Shown: positions 11,199-22,787 of the stretch, piece after piece
Layout: each line of letters starts with the position of its first letter
Numbering within the stretch: the first letter of the stretch is position 1
Source: Candidatus Hadarchaeales archaeon
GTDB taxonomy: Archaea; Hadarchaeota; Hadarchaeia; Hadarchaeales; Hadarchaeaceae
Assembly: GCA_038851075.1 (NCBI GenBank)
Contig: JAWCLG010000003.1
Span: 40,973-104,972 of the forward strand
Reading direction: 5' to 3'
Length of the DNA: 64,000 nucleotides
Program-made: the position numbers and the translations under genes
The notes under the pieces: model-generated
Databases searched by the model: none
Seen by the model: only the letters and a program-made list of their open reading frames with translations
Told to the model about the DNA's origin: nothing

Positions 11199-12047
11199 TT
11201 AAGGTTTTACCATGTCCAAACTGATGTCAATGGCCGGCGCCCGCATTGTTATGTGACCGGAGGAAATTATATCCACCCCTGTCGATGCGAAAGCTGAAAT
11301 ATTTGATGGTTTTATTCCTCCTGAAGCTTCAAGGATAACATGTGATCTGAGGCCTTCTCTCTTGAGATCCGCAACCGCTTTCCTTATTTCTCCCGGCTTC
11401 ATGTTATCAAACATTATTATATCTGCCCCGGCCCGGGCAGCTTCGAGAGCCTCCTTTCTTTTTCTGACTTCGACCTCAACCCTGAGCGAAGGGTAAGCTG
11501 CCTTTGCCTTTTTAACCGCCTCCGATATGCTTCCTGAAAAGCGAAGATGACTGTCCTTTATAAGAACGTGATCGCTGAGCGTCCACCTGTGAGGAACCCC
11601 GCCACCGACAATAACCGCACGCTTGTCAAAGTAAGTGAGAAGTGGCGCTGTCTTTCTGGTGGCGGCAATCTTAACATTTTTTGATTTATTTCTGGCGAGT
11701 TCTACAAGGGCCCTCGTTGCCGTGGCTATCCCGCTCATCCGCATCATGAGATTCAGCGCAGTTCTCTCGGCGGCAAGTATGCCTCTGGCAGGCCCTTCGA
11801 CAACCGCAACCGTCTCTCCCGACTTGACTTTCTCACCGTCCTTTTTTCTCGGAAATGCTCTAACACCAAACATTCTGAATATCTCTACAACCTCCGCCAA
11901 ACCAGCCAGAACTCCGTCCTCATGAACCACTATCTCCCCTCTGCCGACAGCCCCAGCACCCACCAGTGCCTTTGAGGTCACGTCCCCAGATCCCAGATCC
12001 TCTCTTAGCATCTCCTCCAATTTTCTTCTTATTTTAGGTTCAACCAT
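11199..12047 (-). CDS. nadC: Quinolinate phosphoribosyltransferase
   Basis: AATRKT, HRWTLSD..LIKDSH, EVEV, IMFDN, EASGG. Confidence 0.96.
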   Translation of the reverse strand: MVEPKIRRKLEEMLREDLGSGDVTSKALVGAGAVGRGEIVVHEDGVLAGLAEVVEIFRMFGVRAFPRKKDGEKVKSGETVAVVEGPARGILAAERTALNLMMRMSGIATATRALVELARNKSKNVKIAATRKTAPLLTYFDKRAVIVGGGVPHRWTLSDHVLIKDSHLRFSGSISEAVKKAKAAYPSLRVEVEVRKRKEALEAARAGADIIMFDNMKPGEIRKAVADLKREGLRSHVILEASGGIKPSNISAFASTGVDIISSGHITMRAPAIDISLDMVKP

Positions 12048-12978
12048 GTGAAATCCTCCTGGTCAGCCTTATCATTCTCTCGGTAGCAGCCCTCGCCCTT
12101 TTAGCTATATCGTCCGGAACCTTCACAACATGTTTAAAACCTGCGAGCGATTCGTAGATTTTCTCAAGTGTGGTTCTCTTCATCTGTTCGCAGATGGCGT
12201 TTTCCAGCGCAGGGATAAAATCCCTGTCCGGATAATCCCTTCTCAGCCTTTCTACCATACCGACCTCGGTTGCTATTATGAATCTCCTCGCCGGGGAAAC
12301 CATGACTCTCTTCACCATCTGACTCGTGCTGCATATGTGGTCCGCGAGATCCTGCACCCCGGGTTCGCATTCGGGATGCACCAGAACTTCGGCATCAGGG
12401 TGCTCCTTTTTTTTCAGCATGATGTCCCCTGGGGAGAAAATTCTGTGGACGTAGCAGTAGCCATAGTCGGGCAGTGGAATTACCTTCTTTTTCGTGCGCT
12501 TCTGAACGAACCATGCAAGGTTGCGATCCGGACCAAACAAAACTTTATCCTCATCAAGCGCGTTTACGACCTCAGCTGCATTTGCCGATGTGCAGGTGAC
12601 ATCAGCCACAGCGCGCGCCTCTGCGGATGTGTTTACGTAAAGAACCACCGCGGCGTCTGGATGTTTTTTCTTTGCCTCACGAACGAGTTGAGCCGGAAGC
12701 TGAGCAGCCATGGGGCATTTCGCATCTGGATCCGTAATCAAAACATTCTTATCCGGGTTTAGGATTGCAGCTGTCTCCGCCATGAAATCAACGCCCGCGA
12801 AAACAATAACGTCTGCTTTGACCTCAGAAGATTTCATCGCAAGCTCAAGTGAGTCTCCGACGAAATCCGCAATATCCTGCACCTCGAGCCTCTGGTAATT
12901 ATGCGCCAGGACAATTGCGTTTTTCTCCTCCTTGAGACTTGATATCCGACTGACCAGATCTCTCTTGTCCAAATTCAA
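12040..12978 (-). CDS. nadA: Quinolinate synthase
   Basis: LAHNYQ, GDSLELA, FMAETA, CPMA, HPEC, three Fe-S Cys. Confidence 0.97.
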   Translation of the reverse strand: MNLDKRDLVSRISSLKEEKNAIVLAHNYQRLEVQDIADFVGDSLELAMKSSEVKADVIVFAGVDFMAETAAILNPDKNVLITDPDAKCPMAAQLPAQLVREAKKKHPDAAVVLYVNTSAEARAVADVTCTSANAAEVVNALDEDKVLFGPDRNLAWFVQKRTKKKVIPLPDYGYCYVHRIFSPGDIMLKKKEHPDAEVLVHPECEPGVQDLADHICSTSQMVKRVMVSPARRFIIATEVGMVERLRRDYPDRDFIPALENAICEQMKRTTLEKIYESLAGFKHVVKVPDDIAKRARAATERMIRLTRRISHG

Positions 12979-13016
12979 CCCTCAAAAAATAAGGTAGAGG
13001 AGAACGTATAAATGTC

Positions 13017-13871
13017 CTATGTGCCCACTCTGATGCTCTCTCCGATGTTCTTCAGGGTACGTATTGCCGAAAGCGCTGCAAGATAGCTTGTCCTGCGGCT
13101 CTCCGGAAACGGAAGATTATGGGCTTGGGTAAAAAGAGATCCGAATTTTCCTCTGACCCAGATTTCATGAACATTTCGGCTGATTGTCGGATCTGCGACC
13201 ACACGCACCCTCGTCCTGTCAAATCCTATGCCGGCCAGACTCAGGGTCGCTGCCACATTGACACTTGCCGGAAACGCCTTGACCGCCTCCCTGGCTGGAC
13301 CTTCGAACACGATCTTGGGCGACTTTAAACCTTTCACGGATATCCTGCGGCTCTTCAGATAATCGCTGTAGGCAAGCGCTGAGGGCGGTTTTCTCGTCAC
13401 AAGCAGGACTTTCTCTATGCCCCCAATCTGGCTGGCCTTAATTCCGTCTATACCGAGGATAGCTCCCGAAGGGATGTAAACCCTCCTGCCCTTCGCGTCT
13501 GCCATCTTTCTCACCCTGCTGAGAAGCTTTTCATCAGAAAATGCTCCGACGCTCATCACCATCAAATTTTTTCCGCTTTTCAGCACGTCCAGCGAATACT
13601 GTCTGACTGCTTCTTGAGACGCGGCCTCAACGACAAGGTCCAGATTCCTGTCAGAGTATATGTCTCCAGCCGTATTCGCGATCTTCGGCTTTTTTCTCAA
13701 TTTTTTTGCAAGAGCATCCGATTTTTCAGGTACTATGTCGTAGAGCCAGCTGAGCCTGACACCTCCAATAACGCCGCTGTCAACAGCCTTTGCCAGAAGC
13801 GTGCCTATCGCACCGCATCCTATTATCGCGATCCTGATATGTACCCCCTCCAAAAAACTAGACACGGACAA
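13017..13871 (-). CDS. nadX: L-aspartate dehydrogenase
   Basis: IGCGAIG Rossmann motif, SVGAF, PSGAILGID, FPASVNVA, TSYLAALS; start codon uncertain. Confidence 0.93.
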   Translation of the reverse strand: MSVSSFLEGVHIRIAIIGCGAIGTLLAKAVDSGVIGGVRLSWLYDIVPEKSDALAKKLRKKPKIANTAGDIYSDRNLDLVVEAASQEAVRQYSLDVLKSGKNLMVMSVGAFSDEKLLSRVRKMADAKGRRVYIPSGAILGIDGIKASQIGGIEKVLLVTRKPPSALAYSDYLKSRRISVKGLKSPKIVFEGPAREAVKAFPASVNVAATLSLAGIGFDRTRVRVVADPTISRNVHEIWVRGKFGSLFTQAHNLPFPESRRTSYLAALSAIRTLKNIGESIRVGT

Positions 13872-13901
13872 GGTATAATTGTTTTGAGCAGCGTGGAACG
13901 T

Positions 13902-15431
13902 TCAGGAGTAATTCTGAAGCGACTGAACGGTGGCTGGGCTTTTGGCTGCTCCATTTCCTTTAAACGGATTTATCCCCTCGTCCATGAGCCTGAGGTAGGG
14001 CTTGAGAGCACGTTTTAAAACCCGGATTATTCCATCCTTGAAAATAATGCCCTTGAGCCCTCTTCCACCAAGATAGTCCTCAGCAAGCTTATCCACCCAC
14101 CTGAAATCGTGGCGTATGCAGGCCGCCATCAGCTGCCAATGATCTGGTCTCATGTCTTTAGCAAGGAAAAACTTCTCGTTACCGAGTCCTCCCAGAGGCA
14201 CCATGAAAAGCGGGACTACGAGGGACATGTAATCGTCAATTCTGTCCAACAGCTCGATGGTTTTCGCCGTATCCTCGGGAGTCTCTCCGGGAAGCCCCAT
14301 TATGAGCGTGCAGCAGGGCACCCATCGATTGTCCGCAAGAACCTTGTGCGCTTCGACGACGACCTCCGGCCACTCCTCCGGTTTAAACGGCAGGGCTTTT
14401 CCGCGCATGTGCTTTTCAACTATTCTGGGTGATCCCGTTTCAAGCCCAACCTGACCGGAGATATAGGAGAGATCCTCGTCGGCCGAGGCGATCATCTCAG
14501 TTATTCTTTCGATCAGGCCGGGATTCGCCATAACTGAAGAAAATGCAAAATGAGATATCCAAACATGAGGGGTCAGCTTCAGGGCCTCTGAAAACAGTCT
14601 TATTACTCTCTCCTCGTTTGGGACAAGTCCATCGGCGCCGTACCTCAGCGTATCCTCGGCATGCAGCAATGCGCCCTCTGCCCCTCCAGCGAGGTTTATC
14701 TTTATCTCCTCCGTGATCTTCTCTATGGGCCTGCACCTGAGCTGTTTAAGGGTCGGAACGCAGAAATGACACCCTTTTCCGCACCCACGTGCGATTTCAA
14801 CCAGACCGCACACCGTGGGGTTCCTTATATTGGGTATCTTCTCCAGCGGGACCACTTCACCGTGAACCACGCGTGGCACATCTTTTCCCTCCACAGCCCT
14901 GCGGAACATCTCGACTCCTGTTATTTCGCCCTCCCCAACGACGACGCAGTCTATTCCCATCTTAACGGCTATTTTTTCATCTGCCACCTGCCAGGCCCCC
15001 GGTCCGCCCACAATGACTTTGGCACCGCTGGACCTGAGAGCCGGGTCCATGATCAGTTTTCTGAAGAAAAGCGCTGAATACGTCTCTCTGCCGATTATGC
15101 TGCTGAAAGTAGAGGAAGCAGGGCCCAGGCCTAGCGGGTCATTCGCTGTGATCCCAACAACCTTCGTGTCCGGGCCTATAACTTTATCGAGATGCTCGGG
15201 ATGGGCCACCTTTACATCGAAACCCTGCTCTAAGAGGGCCGCCTCCATTTTTCTCAAACCGCAAGGGGCGCGCTTTGCTATCCCATTTTCCTTAGGGACC
15301 GAAGGACACAGAATTTTTTTGTACAGCCACTCGTCGAGCAAAGTCGGAGCGCAGGCCGCAAACCCTAAAAATATTCCCCCACCGTACTCTGACATCAGCG
15401 AACGGTCGGCAGTGAGGACTATCTGGCTCAT
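13902..15431 (-). CDS. Radical SAM protein with B12-binding-like N-terminal domain
   Basis: EIARGCGKGCHFC (CxxxCxxC), VGGPGAWQ, GLETGS. Confidence 0.88.
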   Translation of the reverse strand: MSQIVLTADRSLMSEYGGGIFLGFAACAPTLLDEWLYKKILCPSVPKENGIAKRAPCGLRKMEAALLEQGFDVKVAHPEHLDKVIGPDTKVVGITANDPLGLGPASSTFSSIIGRETYSALFFRKLIMDPALRSSGAKVIVGGPGAWQVADEKIAVKMGIDCVVVGEGEITGVEMFRRAVEGKDVPRVVHGEVVPLEKIPNIRNPTVCGLVEIARGCGKGCHFCVPTLKQLRCRPIEKITEEIKINLAGGAEGALLHAEDTLRYGADGLVPNEERVIRLFSEALKLTPHVWISHFAFSSVMANPGLIERITEMIASADEDLSYISGQVGLETGSPRIVEKHMRGKALPFKPEEWPEVVVEAHKVLADNRWVPCCTLIMGLPGETPEDTAKTIELLDRIDDYMSLVVPLFMVPLGGLGNEKFFLAKDMRPDHWQLMAACIRHDFRWVDKLAEDYLGGRGLKGIIFKDGIIRVLKRALKPYLRLMDEGINPFKGNGAAKSPATVQSLQNYS

Positions 15432-15514
15432 GATTTATCCTCCAGCAATATGTACTTTTTATTACATACAAGCGTAGAGATACATTATATATAATCGTTT
15501 CCTAAAAAACAACG

Positions 15515-15808
15515 ATGCCCATGAGGCCAAAGTTTACAGCGAGAGCATCAAACCTTTTCGGAATACGCGGTTGCGGGAGACGGATCATGGAGCTCTTAGA
15601 AGAGAGAAGAAGCGGGCTCACGATCACGGATCTGCTGAAGCTAACAAAAAGATCTGAGCGAAGCATCAGGAAACACATCAAAAGGCTGAAGGAACTCAAT
15701 TTGATAAAAACCGTTGAGACAAAAACAGAAAACAACCGCAGAGCCCACCTTTACGTTTCATCCTCTCCGGATGAAGTAATTCTATCTCTAAAAAGACTGT
15801 TGGGTTAA
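15515..15808 (+). CDS. Winged-HTH transcriptional regulator
   Basis: LTITDLLKLTKRSERSIRKHIKRLKELNLI. Confidence 0.75.
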   Translation: MPMRPKFTARASNLFGIRGCGRRIMELLEERRSGLTITDLLKLTKRSERSIRKHIKRLKELNLIKTVETKTENNRRAHLYVSSSPDEVILSLKRLLG

Positions 15809-15835
15809 AGATCAGGTCTTTTACGGAGGGAAACA

Positions 15836-18088
15836 GTGGAGAGGAGATTGTCTGAAATCGCCATCAAAAGGCCATCCCTAACCGTGCTCACCGTGATTCT
15901 TGTCACCGTCATCATGACATACGGATTAAGCAAAGTTTCAATGACGACCGAGTTCAAGGAATTTTTACCAAGCGAATCACCCGCCGTCATCACAACCGAG
16001 GAGTTTGAAAACAAGTTCGGAAGTGCAACTGAGCTCATCCTCGTAAGGGGCGAAAATGTTCTTGAACCTAGGGTATTTCGTGCAATGCTTGACCTCGAGA
16101 ACCTGATAAAGACGGAAATCGATAACTATGTGGCAAACACGACCTCCTACGCCAGCCTTCTGGCAGAGGGTATTCCCGGAGTTATTGATGAGACTCCGGA
16201 CTCCAGTCTGGAACTCATTATAACAAGCGCGTTTTCTGGCCAACAGGCTCCTAGGATGAAGGGCTTTGTAAATGACAACCGAACTGTGGCTCTCATCACA
16301 GTGTCAACATCTCCTGGAATGTCAAAAGATGAACGAAACAAAAAAACAGAGACCTTCGTGAAGCTCGTGATGGAATTTGATGAAAACAGGGATGAGGTCG
16401 AACTGGAGGTTACCGGAGACCTAGTCGTTAGCAACGAAATTTACGGGCTCATGAACAGAGATAATAAAGTCCTGATTCCGGCTGCAGCTGTTCTCGTCCT
16501 TGTCATCCTGATCCTGACATTCAAGAGATTTTCAGACATAGGTATATCGCTACTAACCGTCGGACTCAGCGCACTTTATGCGGTTGGGACAATGGGACTT
16601 CTCGAGATGAAATTTACGATGATTCACGTCGCGCTGATACCCCTTATCCTCGGCCTCGGTATCGATTACTCGATCCACATGCTGAACAGATACTATGAGG
16701 AACTCGGAAAAAACGGATCGTGCAAAAAGGCCGTCAGCTCCTCAATAAGAACCACCGGGCTGGCGGTTGTCCTCGCTGCGTTGACAACCATTATCGGTTT
16801 TGGATCCTTCATGGCCTCCGAACTTCCTGCCATAGGAACGCTGGGCGTGTTCGCCGGACTTGGAATAGGGTTCTCATTTCTGCTGGCCACATGCTTCTTG
16901 CCGGCCGTACTTGTTCTCCGCGGAGATAGACCAAGAGAAATAAAGAAAGCGGAGAGAGGCAGAACAATCGACAGGGTGCTCGGCAAGGCCGCCAGAGCAT
17001 CTGAGACCCATGGAAAATTCCTTGTATGCGCGGCTGTTCTGGTCACTCTCCTGTGTGCGTTCTGGGCATCCGACGTTTCAACAGAAATGTCCTTCAAAAC
17101 TTTCCTGCCGTCAGATGTTCCATCCATGGTCGCGCTGGACCATCTCTCAGATGAATTTGGAGGCAGATATGTGATGGTTGTGCTGGTCCACGGTGACTGC
17201 AGGGACCCGAAAGCTCTCCATGACATTTTCATGGTGGAAAACGCGGCTGCGGAAAGAAGCGAGATTATAACTGGCACGCTCAGCATCGCCGGCACCGTGA
17301 AAACCATGGCACAGCAGATATACGGAGACGTGCCGCTTGAAAATCTCACAGAGGAGCAAATAGATTCGCTCATAGCGCTTATAGAAAACGAGGAGCTGTC
17401 AAAACTCGTCAAGGATAACACATCGGTCATATACTTCTACATCAACGCAAAAACCGACAAAGAGATGGCCAGGGCAAGCGGGGTCGTGAGGGATGTTATA
17501 ATGGAGGAAAACCGTGCTGTCGAGATGACCGTTAAAGGGAAACCAGCGGTTGGAGGACTGCCAGTCATAATTGGGGATATATCGGAGTCAATCTCATCGG
17601 GAATGATGAGAACCACAATTATTTCAATTCTGCTATGCCTTTTGGTCATCGTGCTTGCCCTGAAGTCCGCTGTTCTGGGAATAATTGCGCTGATGCCACT
17701 TGTTCTGACAATGGTCTGGGAATTCGGTGCCCTGAAATTCATGGGATGGTCGCTGGACATTCTCACAATGGGGATATCGTCACTTGTGATAGGGGTCGGA
17801 ATAGACTATGGAATACACATAGTGCACAGATTTTTGGAGGAGAGGAGAAAAGGCGGTGAAAGAGCGGCCAGCGTGCATCTCGCGGTAACGCATGTAGGGA
17901 GGGCGATTGCAGCTGCGGCCGCTACGACGGTCGGAGTATTCGGCGTTCTTGCGCTATCGCGCATGCCCGCCGTGGCGAGATTCGGAACGCTGACCGCGCT
18001 GCTGATACTGTTCGCATTTATAGCCGCAATCCTTGTCATGCCCTCAATGCTGTCTCTCTGGACAAAAAGAAAGGAAGGTCGTGGCTGA
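15836..18088 (+). CDS. RND/MMPL family transporter
   Basis: Two repeated halves, each with a GxGIDYxIH motif, ~12 TM segments. Confidence 0.92.
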   Translation: MERRLSEIAIKRPSLTVLTVILVTVIMTYGLSKVSMTTEFKEFLPSESPAVITTEEFENKFGSATELILVRGENVLEPRVFRAMLDLENLIKTEIDNYVANTTSYASLLAEGIPGVIDETPDSSLELIITSAFSGQQAPRMKGFVNDNRTVALITVSTSPGMSKDERNKKTETFVKLVMEFDENRDEVELEVTGDLVVSNEIYGLMNRDNKVLIPAAAVLVLVILILTFKRFSDIGISLLTVGLSALYAVGTMGLLEMKFTMIHVALIPLILGLGIDYSIHMLNRYYEELGKNGSCKKAVSSSIRTTGLAVVLAALTTIIGFGSFMASELPAIGTLGVFAGLGIGFSFLLATCFLPAVLVLRGDRPREIKKAERGRTIDRVLGKAARASETHGKFLVCAAVLVTLLCAFWASDVSTEMSFKTFLPSDVPSMVALDHLSDEFGGRYVMVVLVHGDCRDPKALHDIFMVENAAAERSEIITGTLSIAGTVKTMAQQIYGDVPLENLTEEQIDSLIALIENEELSKLVKDNTSVIYFYINAKTDKEMARASGVVRDVIMEENRAVEMTVKGKPAVGGLPVIIGDISESISSGMMRTTIISILLCLLVIVLALKSAVLGIIALMPLVLTMVWEFGALKFMGWSLDILTMGISSLVIGVGIDYGIHIVHRFLEERRKGGERAASVHLAVTHVGRAIAAAAATTVGVFGVLALSRMPAVARFGTLTALLILFAFIAAILVMPSMLSLWTKRKEGRG

Positions 18089-18158
18089 CCACGCAGTTTG
18101 ACTCGAGCAATCCGAAAATTGCTTAAGCAAAAGCGGATAATTATTTGAAGGGAGCCTC

Positions 18159-19730
18159 ATGAAGACCATAGCGGATGAGCTGTTCAAGGAGTTCAGAGAA
18201 CACAGCGTCAGCGAGTTTTTCAGGAAAAACGCGGCGATGTTGGGCTACACCGGAAAGATAAGGTCGCTCACAACCATCGTGCATGAAGGTGTGACGAACA
18301 GCATCGACTCCGCAGAGGAGTCGAGCATACTGCCCAAGATTTACGTCGCTATAAAAAGAGTTGATGATGATCCAGAGCACCTCAAGGTTATTATAGAGGA
18401 CAATGCCTCCGGAATACCAGAGCAATATATCCCCGATGTCTTCGGGAAGATGCTTGCGGGAACGAAGCTCCACCGCCACATGCAGCAGCGCGGACAGCAG
18501 GGGATCGGCGTGAGCGGAGCGTGCATGTTCGCCCAGATCACCAGCGGAAAACCGGCGACCGTGATTACATCAACAGGAAACGGTGAAACAACGCGAATGG
18601 ATGTGATGATCGATGTCGACAAGAACAGGGGCAAGGTCCTGAAAAGCGAAAAAATTAAGGGCAAATGGCGTGGCACAAGAATTGAACTTGAAGTCAAAGA
18701 AGTTGCATACATGCGCTCCAGATACGGTCCATTCAACTACCTCAGGATGACTGCAATAGCCAATCCACACGTGCACATAACATTTGTGGAGCCAGATGGA
18801 GTAATGACCGTTTTCGAGAATGCCGTTGACAAAATACCTGACCGCCCTAAACCCATGCCGCTTCATCCATGGGGCATAATGGCGGATGACCTGCTCATGC
18901 TCGCCAAGAGAACCAAAGCGAGAACACTGGTGACTTTCCTGTCAACCGAACTCTCCAGGGTCAGTAAGAATAAAGCGGAGGAGACCTGCAGCATTGCCGG
19001 AGTATCACCTGATAAAAAACCCCTCGAGCTCACATGGGAAGACGCCGAGCGGATAGTTTCCGCTTTCAAAAGGGTTAAACTGCTCGCACCGCCAACATCC
19101 GGACTCCGGCCGATCGGTGCATCAGATGTGGAAAAAGGAATAAAAAAGATACTCAATCCGGAATTCGTTTACGCGTCCACCCGGCCTCCGAGGGTTTACC
19201 GCGGGGGTCTGCCATTCATTGTCGAGGCTGGGATCGCGTACGGAGGAAACGCGGGGAAAACTGCGGAAGGGAAGAACGAAGATGGAGAAGGGGAAACTGG
19301 AATGGATTTAATAAGGTTCGCTAACCGCGCGCCGCTCGTGTTCGACCAAGGAGGATGTGCGATAACCGCCGCGGTCAAAAACATAGACTGGAGGAGATAC
19401 GGCGTGGATCCAGACAACGCGCCCATCACGCTGTTCGTCAATGTCTCGTCGGCATATGTCCCGTACACCTCCGCCGGTAAACAGTCTATAGCTGATGAGC
19501 CGGAGGTTATTGAGGAGATAAGGGCGGCGATAATGGAGGTTGCAAGGGAACTCAGAAAATATCTCTACCGCAAGATAAGGTCCAGGGAAAAACAGGAGCG
19601 CGCTGGGGTGTTCGAGCGCTACCTGCCGGTCATCGCAAAAAAAGCCGCAAGACTGGCAGGTGTGAACGAGCCGAACATCAAACCTCTCCTGAAAAAAATA
19701 ACCGGTGTGGAATATGACGAAGAAAGATAA
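18159..19730 (+). CDS. top6B: DNA topoisomerase VI subunit B
   Basis: [25 protein letters not shown] motifs, RFANRAPL. Confidence 0.97.
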   Translation: MKTIADELFKEFREHSVSEFFRKNAAMLGYTGKIRSLTTIVHEGVTNSIDSAEESSILPKIYVAIKRVDDDPEHLKVIIEDNASGIPEQYIPDVFGKMLAGTKLHRHMQQRGQQGIGVSGACMFAQITSGKPATVITSTGNGETTRMDVMIDVDKNRGKVLKSEKIKGKWRGTRIELEVKEVAYMRSRYGPFNYLRMTAIANPHVHITFVEPDGVMTVFENAVDKIPDRPKPMPLHPWGIMADDLLMLAKRTKARTLVTFLSTELSRVSKNKAEETCSIAGVSPDKKPLELTWEDAERIVSAFKRVKLLAPPTSGLRPIGASDVEKGIKKILNPEFVYASTRPPRVYRGGLPFIVEAGIAYGGNAGKTAEGKNEDGEGETGMDLIRFANRAPLVFDQGGCAITAAVKNIDWRRYGVDPDNAPITLFVNVSSAYVPYTSAGKQSIADEPEVIEEIRAAIMEVARELRKYLYRKIRSREKQERAGVFERYLPVIAKKAARLAGVNEPNIKPLLKKITGVEYDEER

Positions 19731-20820
19731 ACCGGAAAACGTCCACGCAAGAAAAACTATCGAAAAGCTAGCAGAGCTCGGAAAAACTGTTCTGAGCGAT
19801 ATAGAGAAGGCACAGCCGCCCAAGCTAAAGATACCATCACGGAGCACATCGAACATAATATACGACGAGAAAAACAGATACTTCGTGCTAGGTCCACGCT
19901 ACGGCATACGCACAGCGGCCAGCATGAAACAGGTGAAAAAGTTCGCACAGCTGCTATGCACTGCGGAGTTTGCCAAAGAGCTCATCGAAAGCTCCAAGTT
20001 TGCCACACTGAGGGAGATGTATTACACTGCGGAGGGCTGGGAGACCGGTCCGTTCCGTGATCAGGGCGAGTCCGATCTAATGGTTGAGGACCTTGAAGCC
20101 GTTTTCGGAATAAAGAGGGAGAGCATGGGGCTTGTTCCTGAAGAGGACGGTGCGGCGGTATACGGCCAGATCACCGTGAGGGAAGGCGACGCTGTGATTG
20201 ACGCCACGAAAGCAGGTCGGGGGGGTTACACCATACCTCCTACGATAGACGATGTGGAGTTCCTGAAGTGCAAAGCGAGGCGCGTCATTGCCATAGAAAC
20301 TATGGGTATGTACCACAGGTTCGTTCAGGAGGAAGCGTGGAAAAAATTCGACGCGCTCATAGTGGGGCTGAAAGGTCAGGCCGCGAGGGCGACGAGGAGA
20401 TTCCTAAAAAGAGTCAACGAAGAATTAAAGTTGCCTGTATATCTCTTCTGCGACGGAGATCCGTTCGGATACCACATAGGGATGGTTGTGATCTCAGGCA
20501 GCGCGAAACTGGCCTATATAAACCACGAACTCGCAGTGCCCGATGCCAAGTACATCGGCGTAACGGCAAGCGACATCATAAAGTACGATCTGCCCACCGA
20601 CAAGCTACGCGAGCTCGACATGGCCCGTCTAAAACAGCTGCTAAAGGACCCGAGATACAACACGGAGTTCTGGCAGGGTGAAATAAAGAAGATGATGGAG
20701 CTCGGCAAAAAAGCTGAGCAGCAGGCTTTTGCAAAATACGGCCTGGCATACGTGGTCAAGGAGTACCTGCCCGCGAAGCTTAAGGAAGTAGAAGGTCAGG
20801 AATTCTTGGGCAAATCCTGA
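19714..20820 (+). CDS. top6A: DNA topoisomerase VI subunit A
   Basis: TLREMYY catalytic Tyr, DGDPFG Toprim motif, KAEQQA. Confidence 0.97.
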   Translation: MTKKDKPENVHARKTIEKLAELGKTVLSDIEKAQPPKLKIPSRSTSNIIYDEKNRYFVLGPRYGIRTAASMKQVKKFAQLLCTAEFAKELIESSKFATLREMYYTAEGWETGPFRDQGESDLMVEDLEAVFGIKRESMGLVPEEDGAAVYGQITVREGDAVIDATKAGRGGYTIPPTIDDVEFLKCKARRVIAIETMGMYHRFVQEEAWKKFDALIVGLKGQAARATRRFLKRVNEELKLPVYLFCDGDPFGYHIGMVVISGSAKLAYINHELAVPDAKYIGVTASDIIKYDLPTDKLRELDMARLKQLLKDPRYNTEFWQGEIKKMMELGKKAEQQAFAKYGLAYVVKEYLPAKLKEVEGQEFLGKS

Positions 20821-20821
20821 T

Positions 20822-22678
20822 TCATTTTGATAGATCTATGACAACGTAGTAAAGGTTTCCCTCAACTTTGTACCTCATCGGATGACCGCACTTTTTAAAT
20901 ATGTGCATCATCTTGGCGTTGTTCACAGCGACCCAAGCGATGAAGCTCTTGATTCCTTTTTTTGCAGCTATTTCCGTCAGATAATTCAAAAGCCTTGTCC
21001 CGAGCCCCCTGTTCTGCCAGTCGTCTCTCACAAGAAATGAAACCTCTGCAGTGTCAGTCCCTGGAATCTTAACGTAACTTCCAATCCCGACCATCGCCTC
21101 AACACCATTTTGCTCGATGACCGCAACTATGGCCATCTCATTTTCATAATCCACGGTGACATATGGCCAAACCCTTTTTATTGGCATTGACTTCAGAGAC
21201 CCAAGAAAACGGGTGTTCACGCTTTCCTTCGAAAGAGCGTAGAAAAGATGCTGTTTAAGTGTCGCGTCGGAGGTTTTTATCGGTCTCAGGAGAACACGGG
21301 TTCCGTCCTGCAAAGACACCACTCTCTTTAGATCATCAGGATATTCTGCATCAGGGAAAGGAAGGACCTCCTCGGGCACTAACTTTTTTTCCTTTGCCCA
21401 TTCCAAGAGGTGATTTCTGAACTTTGGATGTGCCACGTTAATAAGCGCAAGCGCACGCTCTTTAATCGTCTTTTCCCTCAATGAAGCCACGCCGTATTCG
21501 GTGATAACAAAGTCCACGTCTCCCCTCGTCAGCACCACCCCTGCCCCCTCGCTCAGCGTGGGTTTTATTCTTGAATACTCCCCCTCCTTCGCGGTAGAAG
21601 GAAATACCGTTATCGCTTTGCCTCCTCTTGACCTGATTGCTCCACGAACAAAATCTGCCTGTCCCCCAAGTCCGCTGTAAAACCTGTAACCTATGGAGTC
21701 TGCACAAACCTGCCCCGTCAGATCCACCTCAAGCGCCTGATTTATCGCGACCATCTTATCATGCTGGCTTATCACGAAAGGATCGTTAACGTAATCAGAC
21801 TCATAGAATTCCACCATCGGATTGTTGTCTATAAAGTCATAGAGCCTGCGCGTTCCCATCGCAAAGGAAGCGATGATCTTGCCTTTGTTTATTGTCTTTT
21901 TCTCGCAGGTGACCACTCCCTCCTCGACAAGATCAACCACGCCCTCCGTGAGCAGCTCGGTGTGTATTCCAAGGTCCTTTTTACCTTTAAGCGCCCCAAG
22001 AATTGCATTTGGAACCGTTCCGATACCAACCTGAAGCGTTGACCCGTCATCGATAAGATCCGAAACATACTTTGCAATCCTATCGGAGACTATATCTCCC
22101 TCCGAAGGCTGAAGTTCCAGAATGGGCTCATCGTGTTCAACGAATGCATCAATCTCAGAAACGTGAACAAAGCTGTCGCCCAGAACCCTAGGCATGTGCC
22201 GGTTGACCTGGGCTATTACCAGCTTCGCGACCTTTGTGGCTGTTTTGGTTATCTCAACTGAAACTCCCAAGCTGCAAAACCCGTGCTCATCTGGAGGAGT
22301 AACTTGTATCAAAGCCACATCTATTGGAACCATGCCCCTTAAAATGAGTTTAGGGAGCTCTGAAAGAAAAACCGGAGTATAATCCGCCCTGCCTTCGGCC
22401 ACGGCTTCTCTTGCATTAACTCCAACAAAAAAGGCGTTTAACCTGAACCTTTCAGAATATCTCGGCTCAGCATAGGGCGCAACTCCAAGTGTATGAACGT
22501 GCAGAATTTCATTGTCTGAAAGATGATCTGCTTTTTCAACAAGACCCCTCACGAGATACTGTGGCTCTCCGCACGCTGACCCTATGAATATATGGTCCCC
22601 GGTCTTTACCATGCCTAGGGCCTCAACGAGACTCATTTTTCTCCTTTCATATGATTCCAGATTGTCACGAGAATCCAA
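20822..22678 (-). CDS. Acetyl-CoA hydrolase/CoA-transferase fused to a C-terminal GNAT domain
   Basis: TLQVGIG, GIHTE, SGLGGQADF; C-terminal AEVSFLVRDDWQNRGLGT GNAT motif A. Confidence 0.9.
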   Translation of the reverse strand: MDSRDNLESYERRKMSLVEALGMVKTGDHIFIGSACGEPQYLVRGLVEKADHLSDNEILHVHTLGVAPYAEPRYSERFRLNAFFVGVNAREAVAEGRADYTPVFLSELPKLILRGMVPIDVALIQVTPPDEHGFCSLGVSVEITKTATKVAKLVIAQVNRHMPRVLGDSFVHVSEIDAFVEHDEPILELQPSEGDIVSDRIAKYVSDLIDDGSTLQVGIGTVPNAILGALKGKKDLGIHTELLTEGVVDLVEEGVVTCEKKTINKGKIIASFAMGTRRLYDFIDNNPMVEFYESDYVNDPFVISQHDKMVAINQALEVDLTGQVCADSIGYRFYSGLGGQADFVRGAIRSRGGKAITVFPSTAKEGEYSRIKPTLSEGAGVVLTRGDVDFVITEYGVASLREKTIKERALALINVAHPKFRNHLLEWAKEKKLVPEEVLPFPDAEYPDDLKRVVSLQDGTRVLLRPIKTSDATLKQHLFYALSKESVNTRFLGSLKSMPIKRVWPYVTVDYENEMAIVAVIEQNGVEAMVGIGSYVKIPGTDTAEVSFLVRDDWQNRGLGTRLLNYLTEIAAKKGIKSFIAWVAVNNAKMMHIFKKCGHPMRYKVEGNLYYVVIDLSK

Positions 22679-22787
22679 CCTAACCCCCTCCTAACTGATA
22701 AATCGGGTGAAATATCAACCTACCGCTATCCTGCTTCCGAGGATAATTAAATAATACTCGGACGCCATCCTTTCAGGGGGAAAAAAT

